A DNA stretch of 64,000 nt from Octopus vulgaris. Its lineage: Eukaryota. The stretch covers positions 78,368,001-78,432,000 of the forward strand of contig OX597822.1 of assembly GCA_951406725.2 (NCBI GenBank), read 5' to 3'. The first letter of the stretch is position 1. Each line of letters starts with the position of its first letter. A program made the position numbers and the translations under genes. Under the pieces are notes generated by a model, which worked only from the letters and a program-made list of their open reading frames with translations, did not search any database and was not told the DNA's origin. Positions 11,480 through 25,295 of this stretch are shown one piece after another.

Positions 11480-12146
11480 CAGTGGCGGCTCGTGCATAGG
11501 CACCGCGGAACTGCAGCACCTACCTATATCCACTCAATATTATCGATAACATTCAATATAATGAGTCCCTTTTTTTTTAATATAATTCTATAATCCTTAA
11601 GCTTAATGAAACCAATACAAAAATCCTTGCATAGAACTGTGCGCTTCACAGTTCCAGCTACGCAGTGTTTGGCTGTTGTGCGCATGCTCACATGTCCGAG
11701 ATAGGAAGCTGCACGCTAGAGAGAGAGAACACTATGGTTCACGCAGTGCCGACCCTGATGTGTTGGTTATAGGTAGTGTTTCTTTTTGACTCCGCGTGTG
11801 TTGTGCTTAAAAACGTGTTTATATTCTTGAATTTGGTAAAGTGTAGAAGTAGATTATTATCCTGCTTCCAGCTACAATGTTTTTGCCAGGATTTGAAAAA
11901 TGGGACAGATTCCTCCCACCTTATTTTGTGATTTAGGGGGAATTTTTGAAAAACAAGAGGGAATTCACAGCGGTATTCAGTGAACAAATTAAACACTCTA
12001 CCCGGCAGTGGCTAAAACGCGAACCGATCGAGTTTATGTATAAATTCTCTTTTTATATGTTTGTTTCCTTTCACACAATATTAAAACAACAGTTAAAATT
12101 TTCCTAAAGCAGCACCCCCACTAATTTTATCTACGACCCGTCACTG
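11480..12146. mobile_element. Non-autonomous hAT transposon
   Basis: TIRs CAGTGGCGGCTCGT / ACGACCCGTCACTG; 8-bp TSD CTCTTGAG (11472-11479) vs CTCTTCAG (12147-12154); the interior (minus) may be a decayed TTF-zinc-finger transposase N-terminus. Confidence 0.75.
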
Positions 12147-12303
12147 CTCTTCAGGCCAGCTGGTGCGTTGCATACTTTTTGCTCAAGTGCTTGTGAATAA
12201 TTTAATACGTGTTTTTATAAGGGAGCGGCAACTTTGCCTCGTGCCTCAACACCGTAATGACAGGTAAGGTTTTCACTTCATACACACACACATATGTATA
12301 TAT

Positions 12304-12343
<40 letters not shown>

Positions 12344-12712
12344 GTATATATAAACACACACACACACACACACACACACAAGCATACATGCATAAGTGTA
12401 GATGGATGGGTGGGTGTTTAGGGTGCATCCATAACTTGCTTCAATTATTGAACTGCGGACATGTTGGGCACCACATTGAAGGAATTTTAGTGGAACTAAT
12501 CGTTTTGGGAGACGTATACAAACCAACACCAGTTGTGAAGCGGTAGAGGAAGTTAAACATGAACTCAAAGACGCATAAACACATACATACATACATGCGT
12601 ACGTACGTATATACATTATCACAAGACTAGAATAGAAACACTTGGCCAATGGGACTGAACCTAGAACCATGTGGTTGGGAAGCAAACTTCTTACAACACA
12701 GTTTCGCCTACC

Positions 12713-12754
<42 letters not shown>

Positions 12755-12989
12755 CGCATAATTGTGTAGAGATAAATATATCAATCAATGAAATTTCATA
12801 TTTAATTTTTTCATAGCTTTACAATATTACACTTTGTAATAATCCAAGTACTTTTATGCACGTTACAATCTTCAGGTTTTATGTAGTAGCAGCTGTAATA
12901 GAAGGCTGCGTTTCACAACTGACACGCATTTCACTACAGTTGTCATATGTGTGCATGTGTTAGAGTGTATGCCTCTGCGCGCGCGTGTC

Positions 12990-13048
<59 letters not shown>

Positions 13049-13150
13049 AATTAAAAAAAAACAGAATAAAGAAGAAGGAAAAACAAAGAAAAGTGAGGAC
13101 ATAGCACAAGCAATGTATTAATACGACACTCGGTGAAAGAAGAGAGTTGT

Positions 13151-13187
13151 TGTTTTACGTTTCGAGCATAGCTTTTCGTCGGAAACA
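13151..13187 (-). ncRNA. Minimal type I hammerhead-like motif with U4C core
   Basis: Minus: TGTTT-CCGACGA-AAAGCTATGCTC-GAAAC-GTA-AAACA; perfect stem I TGTTT/AAACA, palindromic ACGT stem III, GUA cleavage triplet. Confidence 0.6.
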
Positions 13188-13269
13188 GGAAAAAAAACAG
13201 GTAAGTCCGAAGAGAAAGAAGAAAAGAATGAGGAAAAATCGCCAAAATCCAAGTGCGGGTACATTTCTG

Positions 13270-13313
<44 letters not shown>

Positions 13314-13534
13314 TTATATGTATATTGATTACAAATTTTGGCACAAGGCCAGCAATTTCAGGGAAGGGTCTGAGCCGATTACATCGGTTCCAGTGTTCAA
13401 CTGGCACTTATTTTATCTACTCCGAAAGGCAAAGTCGACACGGCAGCCTTTGAACGCGTACCGTGAATTCGGAGGAAACGATGTTAAGCATTTCTCCCAG
13501 CGTGCTACCGATTCTGCCAGCTCACCGATTATAT

Positions 13535-13774
13535 ATTCTTTTATTCTTTTACTTGTTTCAGTCATTTCACCGCGGCCATGCTGGGGCACCGCCCTGAAGG
13601 GTTTTTCAGTCGAACAAATCTACCCCAGGACTTATTCGTTGTAAGCCTAATACTTCTTCTATCGGCCTTTTAGGCTGAGCTGCTAAGTTACAGGGACGTA
13701 AACACACCAACATCGGTTGTCAAGCGATGGTGTAAGACAAACACACACAACACACGCACAACATATATATATAT

Positions 13775-13839
<65 letters not shown>

Positions 13840-13999
13840 TATATATATATATACGACGGGCTTCTTTCAGTTTCTGTCTATCAAATCCATTCACAAGGCT
13901 TTGGTCGTCCCGAGACTATTGAAGACACTTGCGCAAAGTGCTACACAGTGGGGCTGAACCCGGAACCATGTGGTTGGGAAACAAGCTTCTTTCCACACA
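13535..13999 (-). mobile_element. SINE family B, near full length with expanded internal (CA)n/(TA)n
   Basis: Tail TTCTTTTACTTGTTTCAGTCATTTCACCGCGGCCATGCTGG; head GAACCCGGAACCATGTGGTTGG. Confidence 0.85.
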
Positions 14000-14379
14000 C
14001 CTACTATACACACACACATACAGACACATATATATATATAAAGATAGATGGATTGCACATGCTTTATTACTTATCACTACAAGTGTTTCAAACATCATTA
14101 CCTGTTGCTCAGATTTTTGCATAAATTTAAGGATGTTTAGTGACAGCAGAAGTCCCGCTGTACGTTAACATTTAGTAACTGATACTTGCAGAGGAACTGC
14201 AGAAAACACACCCAGATAATACAGTTTGTTTTGCGTGTGCGTGTGTGTGCGGGGTTGTGCGTGTGTGTTGGTGTGTGTGCGCTTGCACAGGCGTATATGC
14301 CTGTACATATGTATGCACGTATGTATGAACGTATGCATATGTATATATTATATATATATATATATACATGCATACATAT

Positions 14380-14410
<31 letters not shown>

Positions 14411-14953
14411 CATGCTTGTTTGTATGTATGTATGTATGTATACAGGCTAGAGGATATAGTCAAAGCAATTGCAAGTTTAAATCGGGGGGAACTTCGTGCT
14501 TTAATTCAAGTTTACTTTGCCGGTGGGCTATAAATAAATACGCAGTGACCTCATTATATTTTACAAGTAACTCTAATCCACATATTTACGCAAAAATCCC
14601 ACCCTCACTACTAACCCTTCAACATCCATCACGGGCCTAAAACCCCCATTAAAAAGGACATTTCCTTCCCCTCGGCAAGCGCTTCTGAAATTTATCGCCT
14701 CCTTAAATTTCCGCCAAAAACACAATAATCCGCCCGGCACGTGACCTAGTTTTGTCAACCTTATCTACGTCTGGCATTGTATGTGTTGTGTGTTTATATG
14801 AATGTGTGAATACACGCACACGCACATAGAACCGCGCGCGCATGTGCAAAGGTTTGTGTGTGAGTGCATGCGTGTGTATGCATTCGCGTGTGTGCGTATG
14901 TGTATGAATATATATATATATATACACACATATATATGCATATATACACATGT

Positions 14954-15003
<50 letters not shown>

Positions 15004-15014
15004 ATACACATATA

Positions 15015-15061
<47 letters not shown>

Positions 15062-15485
15062 GAATGCATATACATATATACATACATGTATGCATGTGTG
15101 TGTGTGTGTGTGTGTGAAGAGTGTACAAGCGGGTGGGCGAGGGGATGAGCTCCCACCCTCCGTTATGTGTTCTTGCGCGCGTGGTTGTGCTTATGTATAT
15201 GATAGTCTCTGTATGTGTGGCGTGCGCACCCGCGCTAGAAGCTACACTTAGAGCGGGTTTTCCGGAGTTTGAACTTCAGTTGCTACTAGAATGGGCGTTA
15301 AATATATGCGAAATGTCAATTATAATAACGCACATAGATACACATGTAGAAATACATACATACGTACTTAGGTATGTGTATGTATATATGTGTGTGGCGG
15401 GTTCATAAACATATATATACATATACACACATATATATATGCATACATACACACAGATATATGTGTGCACATACACACACACATT

Positions 15486-15543
<58 letters not shown>

Positions 15544-15631
15544 ATGTGTTTGTATATAGAGCCCTAACCACTTAGACTTGTGCCTATATATTTATACATT
15601 TATACAGTATTTATTTATACATATATGCTGA

Positions 15632-15681
<50 letters not shown>

Positions 15682-15716
15682 TCAGCATATATATTAAATA
15701 AATGTATAGATATACG

Positions 15717-16048
15717 GGCGCATGGCTAAGTGGTTAAAGCATCAGGCTCACAATCATGAGGCAGTCAGTCTGATTCTCGGACCGGATTGTGTATTGTGTT
15801 TTTGAGCAAGACTATTTCACGTTGCTCCAGTTCACTCAGCTGTAGAAATGAGCTGCAACGTTACTGGTACCAAGCCGTATCGGCCTTTGACATTCCTTTG
15901 GATAACATCAGTGGCGTGGAAGGGAGAAGCTGGTATGCATGGCCGACTGCAGGTCTTCCATTACCAATCTTACCCGGATTTGTGCCTCGGAGAGTGACTT
16001 CTAGGTGCATTCCTATGGCCATTCATATCCGAAGAGGATCTTTAACTG
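15717..16048 (+). mobile_element. tRNA-derived SINE family C
   Basis: Head GGCGCATGGCTAAGTGGTTAAAGCA; core TTTCACGTTGCTCCAGTTCACTCAGCTGTAGAAATGAG; colinear with 22079-22403. Confidence 0.8.
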
Positions 16049-16086
16049 ACATATATATATATATATATGTATTGGTAAAAACGGTA

Positions 16087-16139
<53 letters not shown>

Positions 16140-16290
16140 CGTATATGAATATATGTATGTATGTATGTATGTATGTACGTATGTATGTATGTATGTATGT
16201 ATGTATGTATGTATGTATGTATGTATGTATGTATGTATGTATGCATGTATGCTCACGCGGGAAACACACAGATAGATAGATAGATAGATA

Positions 16291-16324
<34 letters not shown>

Positions 16325-16950
16325 CAGATTGATATTTGGAAAAAGCAGTGGTTATTAAAAACTAGTCCAATTTATGGCTGTGTGGCGCGTGCGTGTCTAC
16401 GTACTTGTGTGTGCGTATGTGTGTGTGTGTGTACGTGTATACACATCCTTATATTAATAATCACGCATATTTATGCTTAGATGTGTGCAGATTTGGTTGC
16501 GCGCGCGTGTGTAAATGCGTGTCTGTATGACTATATTAAAGGCAATTTTTGAGAAACCGATCGATGTTTCTCCCTAATTTCATAGTCAGATCGATCGTAG
16601 GTCATGTCTCTGAGGATGGTGCCTGACCACTTTAGTTAGTCTTTAAATAGGTTTTATTGACAACTTGTTTCAGTCATTGGACTGCGGCCATGCTAGGCCA
16701 TTACCTTCAACGGTTTTAGTCGAACAAATCAAGTTTTTTTTTTTACAAGTCAGGTACGCATTCCACCGATTTATTTTACCGAACTGCTCAATTTAATGGA
16801 GACGTAAACAAACCAAACAAACCAGCACCGGTTCTTACGTGTATAGATATATAGGTGCATGGCTAAGTACACAAAGACGTACACACATATATTATATTAC
16901 AGTATATGTATATATTATATTACATTATATATATATATATATCAGAATAC

Positions 16951-17071
16951 TTCTTGCACTGAAGAGTACATTGATATATAATTTATTTATTCAATTAATT
17001 TAATTTAATTCAGTTCAATTATGAATTTGCATTATTTTTATATCTCTGTACGTAACATTCATCTGCATGAA
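16951..17071 (+). ncRNA. Degenerate hammerhead-like motif with very long stem II
   Basis: TTCTTGCA-CTGAAGA-GTACA...TGTAC-GTAAC-ATTCATC-TGCATGAA; stem I 7/8 bp, stem II base GTACA/TGTAC; GAAA mutated to GTAA. Confidence 0.4.
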
Positions 17072-17249
17072 TTAAAATTCTCTTATATATTTTAACATCT
17101 TCCTTTCTCCATTTTTAACAAAATTGTTGAGTTTTATGGGATTTCTTTCCATAAATTCACAACACATCATATACAAGTATTATTTTCATATTCGCAAAAT
17201 TTTGGAAACCTCCAAATTAAAGGACGAATCTAAATTTAACCTTTTTACA

Positions 17250-17352
<103 letters not shown>

Positions 17353-17370
17353 GTGATTAACTATATATAT

Positions 17371-18002
17371 AGTGTGATTAACTGGGGGTGTTTTGCAGGA
17401 TAACAGTGTTGGGGACATTCATCGGGTAACAGGAATATTGAACCAAAACGAGTATCACTCTATCCTCCAGCGTCATACTATTCCATCTGGGACGAGGTTG
17501 ATCGGTAATACTTTCGTGCTGATTCAAGATAATGCTCCTAAACATACTTCTCAGTTATGCAAAAACTATTTACAGAGGAAAATGGATGAAAAGAAGCTCT
17601 ACTGTAATGGAAAGACCAACCCAATCCCCTGATTACAATCTCATCGAAATTGTGTAGGACGAATTGGATCGCAGAGTCAAAAAGCGACAACCAAGTACTG
17701 CAGAAACCCTTTGGGTACTCTTACAAAAGGAGTGGCAAAATACCATCAGCGAACATTTGATTTTATTGGTCGAAAGAATGCCCAGAGTATGCTCAGCAGT
17801 GATCAAGGCCAAGGGCCGATATTTTGATGAATCTAAGATTTAGAGACTTTCTCTGATTTTTCAGTTTTGTTTAGTTGCTGAGTTAATTATGTCATCCAAT
17901 GTATGTAAATATACATTAATAAAATATTTCACATGAATCTCTGTTATTCTCATTTTGTAGATGTTTTTCAAAATAAGTTTAGGTGATCTTAAACTTTTGG
18001 AT
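17371..18002 (+). mobile_element. Tc1-family transposon, 3' half (transposase pseudogene 17371-17843 plus right TIR remnant)
   Basis: SVINWGCFAG / IQDNAPKHTS / QSPDYNLIEIV*DELDRRV...RMPRVCSAVIKAKGRYFDESKI* with frameshifts; end GGTGATCTTAAACTTTTGG typical of Tc1 TIRs. Confidence 0.9.
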
Positions 18003-18067
18003 ATTATATGATTGATTGATTGATTCTAGTTTCAGCTGATGAGCTGTGGCCATGCTGGGGCACCGCC

Positions 18068-18124
<57 letters not shown>

Positions 18125-18715
18125 TGAATGGAAATTTAAGCCACGCATTTACATACATGCATTTACACCCATAAATGTAACTGTGCTGTAACATAACGAA
18201 CATACTATATATCAGAACATTTCATGGTAAGTTAAACACCCGTCTATGTATCATACATTTTATAATTATACACTGTTGATAGACCAGTAATTGCGATATT
18301 TGTCCTGAAGTAATGCTCCTTTTGTACGTGTTGATATATCTTTGTGGTTTTAATACAGCATGTCCCAAAGAGAAGTTACTTCAGAGCAAATACCGCAATA
18401 ATTGGCCAATCAACGATGTATATACATATTAAGTATGACACATAGATAACTATTTTAGCATTCAAATATTTTTCCACTGGGAAACTTCATTCAGACTGAT
18501 AAAGTTTTGCCTCATAACCAACGCCAGTTTTGCAGTAAGATTATACTATGGAGTGACTGTTCTCCTTTCTGACCAGCCTCGAAAGACTCTTTAAAATAAA
18601 TAACAAAAATAAAGATGATGATTATTTTTCTACGTTTACTTCTGATTGAGAACAATGCTGAAGCTTTCTCTTACTATTAATATAATATAATATCTTTTAC
18701 TTCATTTGTATACCG

Positions 18716-18823
18716 TGTCATTTTCCGTCTTTCACGGCATTCCTACCCACCTCGCAACAACAAAAGAGAGGGAAAATGAACTGCTTTTTTTGTTGGAACG
18801 TACCATGAGAGCGGAAAATGACA
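18716..18823. repeat. Imperfect ~28-bp inverted repeat (small MITE-like hairpin)
   Basis: TGTCATTTTCCGTCTTTCACGGCATTCC vs reverse complement of GGAACGTACCATGAGAGCGGAAAATGACA. Confidence 0.55.
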
Positions 18824-19554
18824 TTACACGTAAATTATATATATAAATGACAGGAAAAAGTCAGGCCTCATTTTAATTCAATAATTATAACTACGAAAAT
18901 GTTGGTCACCTTTTTGATTATAAACTGCTTTTATGTATCATTGGTCGAAAATGAGAACTGAATACATGGTAGGCGAATACTACCGCGCAGCCAATTTGAA
19001 TAAACTTTTCAGCAAGAAGCGAGAGAGTTAACGAGAGATTTCAATTGTATACTCTCGACATGCTAGAAATGGCAGCCGAATCTCACTTATATCACACTTT
19101 ACCAGCACATTGGACAATGTAATTCAGTTAATACAGGGTCTAAATCAGTGATCTCTATGACCCTTGGGATCATTCCAAGATGTCCTTAAAATGTATGTGC
19201 CCTAAATTGCAACAGTGCTCCACTCAGAGCTGACTGTTTTTCAATACTTCTGTCTCCTGTAGTGGTGGTTTAAGAACCATCATGCTTACTGTAGAGCATC
19301 AATGGGTGAAGAAGCCCTTGATAGAAGGAGCGTGTGTTCGGAAAAGGTTCTGATCGATGATTAATTATTCTCAGACGATAATAAATAAAGATTTCTTTAT
19401 TAGAGTCAAGGGCAATACAGTTACGAAAACCATCATTCTATGCGGTGTTGTCTTGAGCAGAACTTTTATTGCAACAACAAAAATACATACGCAGAAATGC
19501 AATAAACACAGCATGTTATTGATGAGGTGGTGAGTGGCAGCGAAAGAACAAGTG

Positions 19555-19600
<46 letters not shown>

Positions 19601-19694
19601 GTGAGTGAGTGAGTGAGTGATTGATTAAACCGAATGGTTAGCCAAACAATTGTTTAGCTAATTGTCAATGGTTAATCAATTGACTAATAATAAC

Positions 19695-20148
19695 CTTCCT
19701 ACTAATTAGTACAAATTTTGGGAGGACGGATAGTCGGTTACATCAACCCAAGTACTCAACTGGTACTTATTTTGTCGACCTCAATTGAATGAAAGGCAAA
19801 GTCGACTTCGGGGGAATTTGAACTTGGAAAGTAAAACCGGAAGAAATATCGCCGAGGACGACTTTGTACGACGTACTAACGATTCTATCAGCTTGCCACC
19901 TTAACAAATTGACTAATACTAATAAAAGTAAGGCGGGGAGTCGGCAAAATCGTTAGCAAGCTAGGAAAAATGCTTCGTGACATTTCGTCCGTCTTTACGT
20001 TCTTCAGTTCAAATTCCGCCAAGGTTAACGTTGCCTTTCCTCTTTTAGTGTTCGATAAAATGAATATCAATCGAGCACTGTGGTCGATGTAATAGACTAG
20101 ACCCCTCCCCCAAAATTGCTGGCATCGTGCCGAATTTCAAACCAATAT
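19695..20148. mobile_element. Head-to-head pair of SINE family A copies (minus ~19695-19900, plus ~19930-20148)
   Basis: Nin-like unit GAAAGGCAAAGTCGACTTCGG on the left and TTGCCTTTCCTCTTTTAGTGTTCGATAAAATG on the right; heads about 30 bp apart. Confidence 0.75.
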
Positions 20149-20967
20149 TGAAAAAAGAAGTGAAATAGAACCAGTGCGTGTGTTTATTATTGGCATAATG
20201 AACTACCCGATATACAACAAAAATAAAGGGAGAAAAACAATAAAAGGAGAAAGATAAGTAATACATTGAAAATGTCTAAAATGGAAAATATGGGAAACCA
20301 CCTTCCTGTTTTTCTTACATCATAGCACCATAATCCTCTCCTACACTGTAACATTACTAACACTACCCTTTCAATCCATACTATCGCCACCCGCCTCACC
20401 ATTTATTCCTAATACCCAACAGATTTGTTGAAATCAAGCGAGGGCTTTATTTACGTCTACCGTTTGACATTTCCATTGAAGACAGAAGGGTGTGGCACCC
20501 CTTCTATCACATATCAGATTTATCTACATCACATCTTGTCTCCCACCCACATACCCACCCACCAACTTTTCCCTTTCTCCCTCTCTCTCTTTCCTCCTAT
20601 ACACAACGTTTTACAGTTCCTCCTGTATACATGTGTGTATATGTACACAACTGAATTTATATGAACGCATGGGTAGCGTATATACCATTTCCTATACATG
20701 TATGTATGTATGTATGTATGTATGTATGTATGTATGTATGTATGTATGTATGTATGTATGTATGTATGAATGTATGTATGTATGTATGTATGTATGTATG
20801 TATGTATGTATGTATGTATGTATGTATATAATGAATGCCTGTTTGTGTGCGAACGAGTGTGCATATATGCGCATGTATGTGTATGTGTGTAATATATATG
20901 TACATATATTTATGTGTCTATGCAGGTATGTATTTACAAATACATAATTTATATATATATATATACG

Positions 20968-21263
20968 CACCGGAGTGGCTGTGTGGTAAGGAGCTTGTTT
21001 AACAACCACATGGTCCCGGGTTCAGTCCCACTGCATGGCACCTTGGGCAAGTGTCTTCTACTATAGCCTCGGGCCAACAAAAGCTTTGTGAGTGGATTTG
21101 GTAGACAGAAACTGAAAGAAGCCCGTCGTATATATATGTGTGTATGTGTTTGCCCTCCCACCAACATCGCTTGACATTCGATTCTGGTGTGTTTGTGTCC
21201 GTAACCGAGCGGTATATACATACACACACACACACACACATATATATACACACACATATATAT

Positions 21264-21318
<55 letters not shown>

Positions 21319-21856
21319 CATATTGATAATATTGACATATATGTATACATGTATATATAATATATATGCACATGGCCCATACATGCGCGCGCATGCGCAC
21401 TACCGTTCAGGTTCAGTCCCACTACGCGTCACCTTGGGTAAGAACTCTTTCTATAGCCCCTCACTGACCATTGCCTTGTGAGTGAATTTCGTTCAAGAAA
21501 ACTGCGTGGAAGGCTGTCATATGTGTGTGTGTATGTGTGTGTGTAAATATGTATGTGCATATACATATACATATATCTATATATACACACACAGATATAT
21601 ATGTGTATATGTATGTATGTGTGTGTGTGCGCGCGCGTGTATGTACGTATATGTGTGTGTGTCCTAGTGTTTGTCCATCCACCACTTTGACAGTTGGTTT
21701 GATTATGACCCCCGTAACGTACCAGTTCGGCAAAAGAGAAGAAATACCTGACTTTAGAAAAATAAGTACCGGTGTCGGTTTCTGCGACCTAAACCCTTGA
21801 AGGCAGTGCTCCAGCTTGGCCACAGTCTAATGACTGAAACTAATAAAGATAAAAGA
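20968..21856 (+). mobile_element. Two SINE family B copies (about 20968-21212 and 21405-21856)
   Basis: GGAGTGGCTGTGTGGTAAG...GGTTCAGTCCCACTGCATGGCACCTTGGGCAAGTGTCTTCTACTATAGCC (CORE-like ACCTTGGGCAAGT); the second copy ends CTAATGACTGAAACTAATAAAGATAAAAG. Confidence 0.85.
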
Positions 21857-22078
21857 TACTTTTAGTTGATGTTGGATTTCCCCTGTGTTTTTGGTTTAAT
21901 CTGTTCGGTAGGCATCAAAGAGAATCAATTGTTGCGGCTTTAATTATTACCAGACTCTTTCGTATATGTGTGTATATATATTGAGTGTTGTAAAACTACC
22001 CCAGACAAAAGCGATCGAGAATTGCTTTACGTGCTATTGCTACGAATTTTAATTCATGTATAGTATATAAATGGTGAA

Positions 22079-22403
22079 GGCGCATGGCTCAGTGGTTAGA
22101 GCGTCGGGCTCACGATCATGTGGTAGTGAGTTCGATTCCTGGACCGGGTCGTGTATTGTGTTCTTGAGCAAGACACTTTGTGTCACGTTGCTCCAGTTCA
22201 CTCAGCTGAAGAAATGACTTGCTACGTCATTGGTACAAAGCTGCATACGCTTTTGGCTTTTCCTTGGATAACACCAGTGGCATAGAGAGGGGAGGCTGGT
22301 ATGCATGGCAGTCTGTTGGTCTTCCATAAAAACAACCTTGCCCGAACTTGTGCCTCGGTGGGGAACTTTCTAGGGGCAATCCCGGAAGGGAGTGTTTACC
22401 CTT
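22079..22403 (+). mobile_element. SINE family C
   Basis: GGCGCATGGCTCAGTGGTTAGAGCG (A box)...GAGTTCGATTCC (B box)...CACGTTGCTCCAGTTCACTCAGCTG. Confidence 0.85.
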
Positions 22404-22713
22404 TAGTATATAGATATATAAATGATTTCTTTAATTTTCACAGATGATTGCCCTTTCGTTGTCAATGACATTTCTGACTTTCCGTCCATGACCTCTCAGA
22501 TGACTATTCATTCTTTTTTCCAGATCTGCATGGTTTGAAGCATGAATGATGAACGAAACGTTACAACTTACTGTGTGCTTTCAACTGATCACGTCGCCAG
22601 TTTTCCATCACCATAGGACTTCCGGGAGATGGAATGACTAGTGAGGTCGCCATAAAGAGATATATGTACTTCATTGGATTATACATACACACAATAAATA
22701 AACACATACATAC

Positions 22714-22998
22714 CATGGCCAAGTGGTAAGTGCGTTGCACTCAAGATCTAGCAATCGTGGATTCGATTTCCGGTCGAGCGGTGCGTTGGGTTCTTGAGCA
22801 AAACACTTAATTTCATCTTGCCCCAGTCCAATCAGCTGTAGATGAGTAACCTCTGCAACAGAAGAGCCTTCTAATCAGGGATAATGTAGAATAACTCGCC
22901 TAGCCAGTGGGGTGGCATCATTCGAAGGCTAAAATGATGCAAAGTGCATTATGATCATTGATATATGATAACACATCCGACAGTATGGTTGATCACAT
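22714..22998 (+). mobile_element. SINE family C variant with a different 3' tail
   Basis: tRNA-like head ATGGCCAAGTGGTAAG...GGATTCGATTTCC; tail GAAGGCTAAAATGATGCAAAGTGCATT... also seen in reverse at 1101-1203 and ~33020-33110. Confidence 0.7.
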
Positions 22999-23197
22999 GA
23001 TTATGAGTGGTTGTGTGGTAAGAAGCTTGCTTCCCAACTACATGGTTCCAGATTCAGTCCCACTGCGTGGCACCTTGAACAAATGTCTTCTTCTACAGCC
23101 TCGGGCTGACCAAAGCCTTGTGAGTGGATTAGGTTGACAAAAACTGAAAGAAGCACACACACACACACACGCACAAGCACACACACACATATATATG

Positions 23198-23267
<70 letters not shown>

Positions 23268-23281
23268 AATACACACTCTTC

Positions 23282-23670
23282 AACTCTAGGGCCAAGGCCC
23301 AAAATTTTGGTGAGTGGGCCAGTCGATTAGATTGACTCCAGTACGCAACTGGTACTTAATTTATCGACCCCAAAAGGATGAGAGGTAAAGTCGACATCGG
23401 CGGAATTGGAACTCAGAACATAAAGACAGACGAAATACCTATTTCTTTACTACACACAAGGGGCTAAACACAGAGAAGACAAACAAGGACAGACAAATGG
23501 ATTAAGTCGATTATATTGACCCCAGTCCGTAACTGATACTTAATTTATCGACCCCGAAAGGATGAAAGGCAAAGTCGACCTCGGCGGAATTTGAACTCAG
23601 AACGTAACGGCAGACGAAATACGGCTACGCATTTCGCCCGGTGTGCTAACGTTTCTGCCAGGTCGACACC
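23282..23670 (-). mobile_element. Dimeric SINE family A, near full length
   Basis: Two Nin-like units and head ...GCTAACGTTTCTGCCAGG. Confidence 0.85.
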
Positions 23671-24074
23671 TTAAAATGTCCCAAATATTACTTGCATAAA
23701 TGCAAATTTATAGTTAGGGCATGGAAACTAGAAGTTTCAAATCAGCTGTTCGTAATAATAATGTATATGAGTATGTGCATATCTTTTACTGTTGAGATTG
23801 GAGGAAGACGCAGTGTCAATGACTTTATGTGAAATGCACCTAAGCTATAAGCAGTACTCAATAGGCATGATCATATCTTGTTATTTCCAAATGATCAATG
23901 CTCATCTTTCAAAATTCAACGCCAAGTTTATTTTTTATGATTTTTTAAAATAAACATACGTTTCCTTTACTAATTTTATACTTGAATACTTCAAACAGAA
24001 AGAAACAACTCACACAAACTCATTTCGATATATGTGTATGTATTTGTGTGTTACTGTATGTGCATCTAAACTAC

Positions 24075-24209
<135 letters not shown>

Positions 24210-24306
24210 CGTGTATATGTGGTGTGGTGTGTGTGTGTATATATATATATTATATGTGTGTGTGTCTGCTACGTCCTCACGATGCTGTTTTTTTATCTTT
24301 TTCTCT

Positions 24307-24337
<31 letters not shown>

Positions 24338-24811
24338 GATATATATATATACACGCCTACGCACATTTTTGTATGTGTGTATGTGTGTGTTGTAGGTATA
24401 TTTATATATCTTATGCGTATGCATGCGTACAGATACTTACTATAAACATCCAAGCTAGTTTCTGTTAATCCAATATCGATCCACGGAAGCAACAATGATC
24501 GAACCCTACAGGCGTCAGTCTGGTGCGTTGTAGGGTTTGTGGTGTTATGTAGGTGTCTGTGGAGTGGGCGTGGCTGGATTTATCGACGCTAAAACTATAA
24601 TGCAACACGGGGGAAGTGCAATGCAGAACTAAAACAATGAGGACTGCGCACAATCTGATCGTGACCTCGTAACCCTTTCGTTGGTACATAAAACCACCTT
24701 TAAGTACTGCTGCCCCTAATCTAATTTATGTATTTTAGTAAATGTGTTGTGGGAGATGAATGGAAGGAGAAGAAGCGGTGAAGAGGAGGAGATAAAGGTT
24801 TTTAAAATGCA

Positions 24812-24812
24812 C

Positions 24813-24908
<96 letters not shown>

Positions 24909-24913
24909 AAGAA

Positions 24914-24960
<47 letters not shown>

Positions 24961-25030
24961 AGAAGAAGAAGAAGAAGAAGAAGAAGAAGAAGAAGAAGAA
25001 GAAGAAAGAAAGAAAGAAAGAAAGAAAGAA
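24812..25030. repeat. (TAG)n-(GAA)n-(GAAA)n compound microsatellite
   Basis: Directly visible. Confidence 0.95.
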
Positions 25031-25295
25031 GATGGCGATGATGATTTTAATGATGCAGAGACATATGAGAAACTGGAAAGTTTATGCTTGTATTTGTTCT
25101 TTTGTTGATGTCGTCGCCGTCGCCCTCGTCGTTTCTGTTGTTGTTGTTGATTGATCAGACCCCTGGAACTACATTAGGGCAATCGCAACCAAATTCCTTG
25201 AAACAACACTCTGCCATATCTTTTATCTTACACACACACACACACACACAAGCTCAAACACATGCACACACAAACAAACAGACACACGCCTAACT

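Noticed and set aside
15717-15790. tRNA genes at SINE heads (also 22079, 40408, 48652, 59258)
   Set aside because: A/B boxes are present but cloverleaf stems are not, and each continues into a shared SINE body.
22430-22660. Acceptor-like sites TTTTCACAG and TTTTTTCCAG suggesting exons
   Set aside because: Frames close quickly and no good donor follows.
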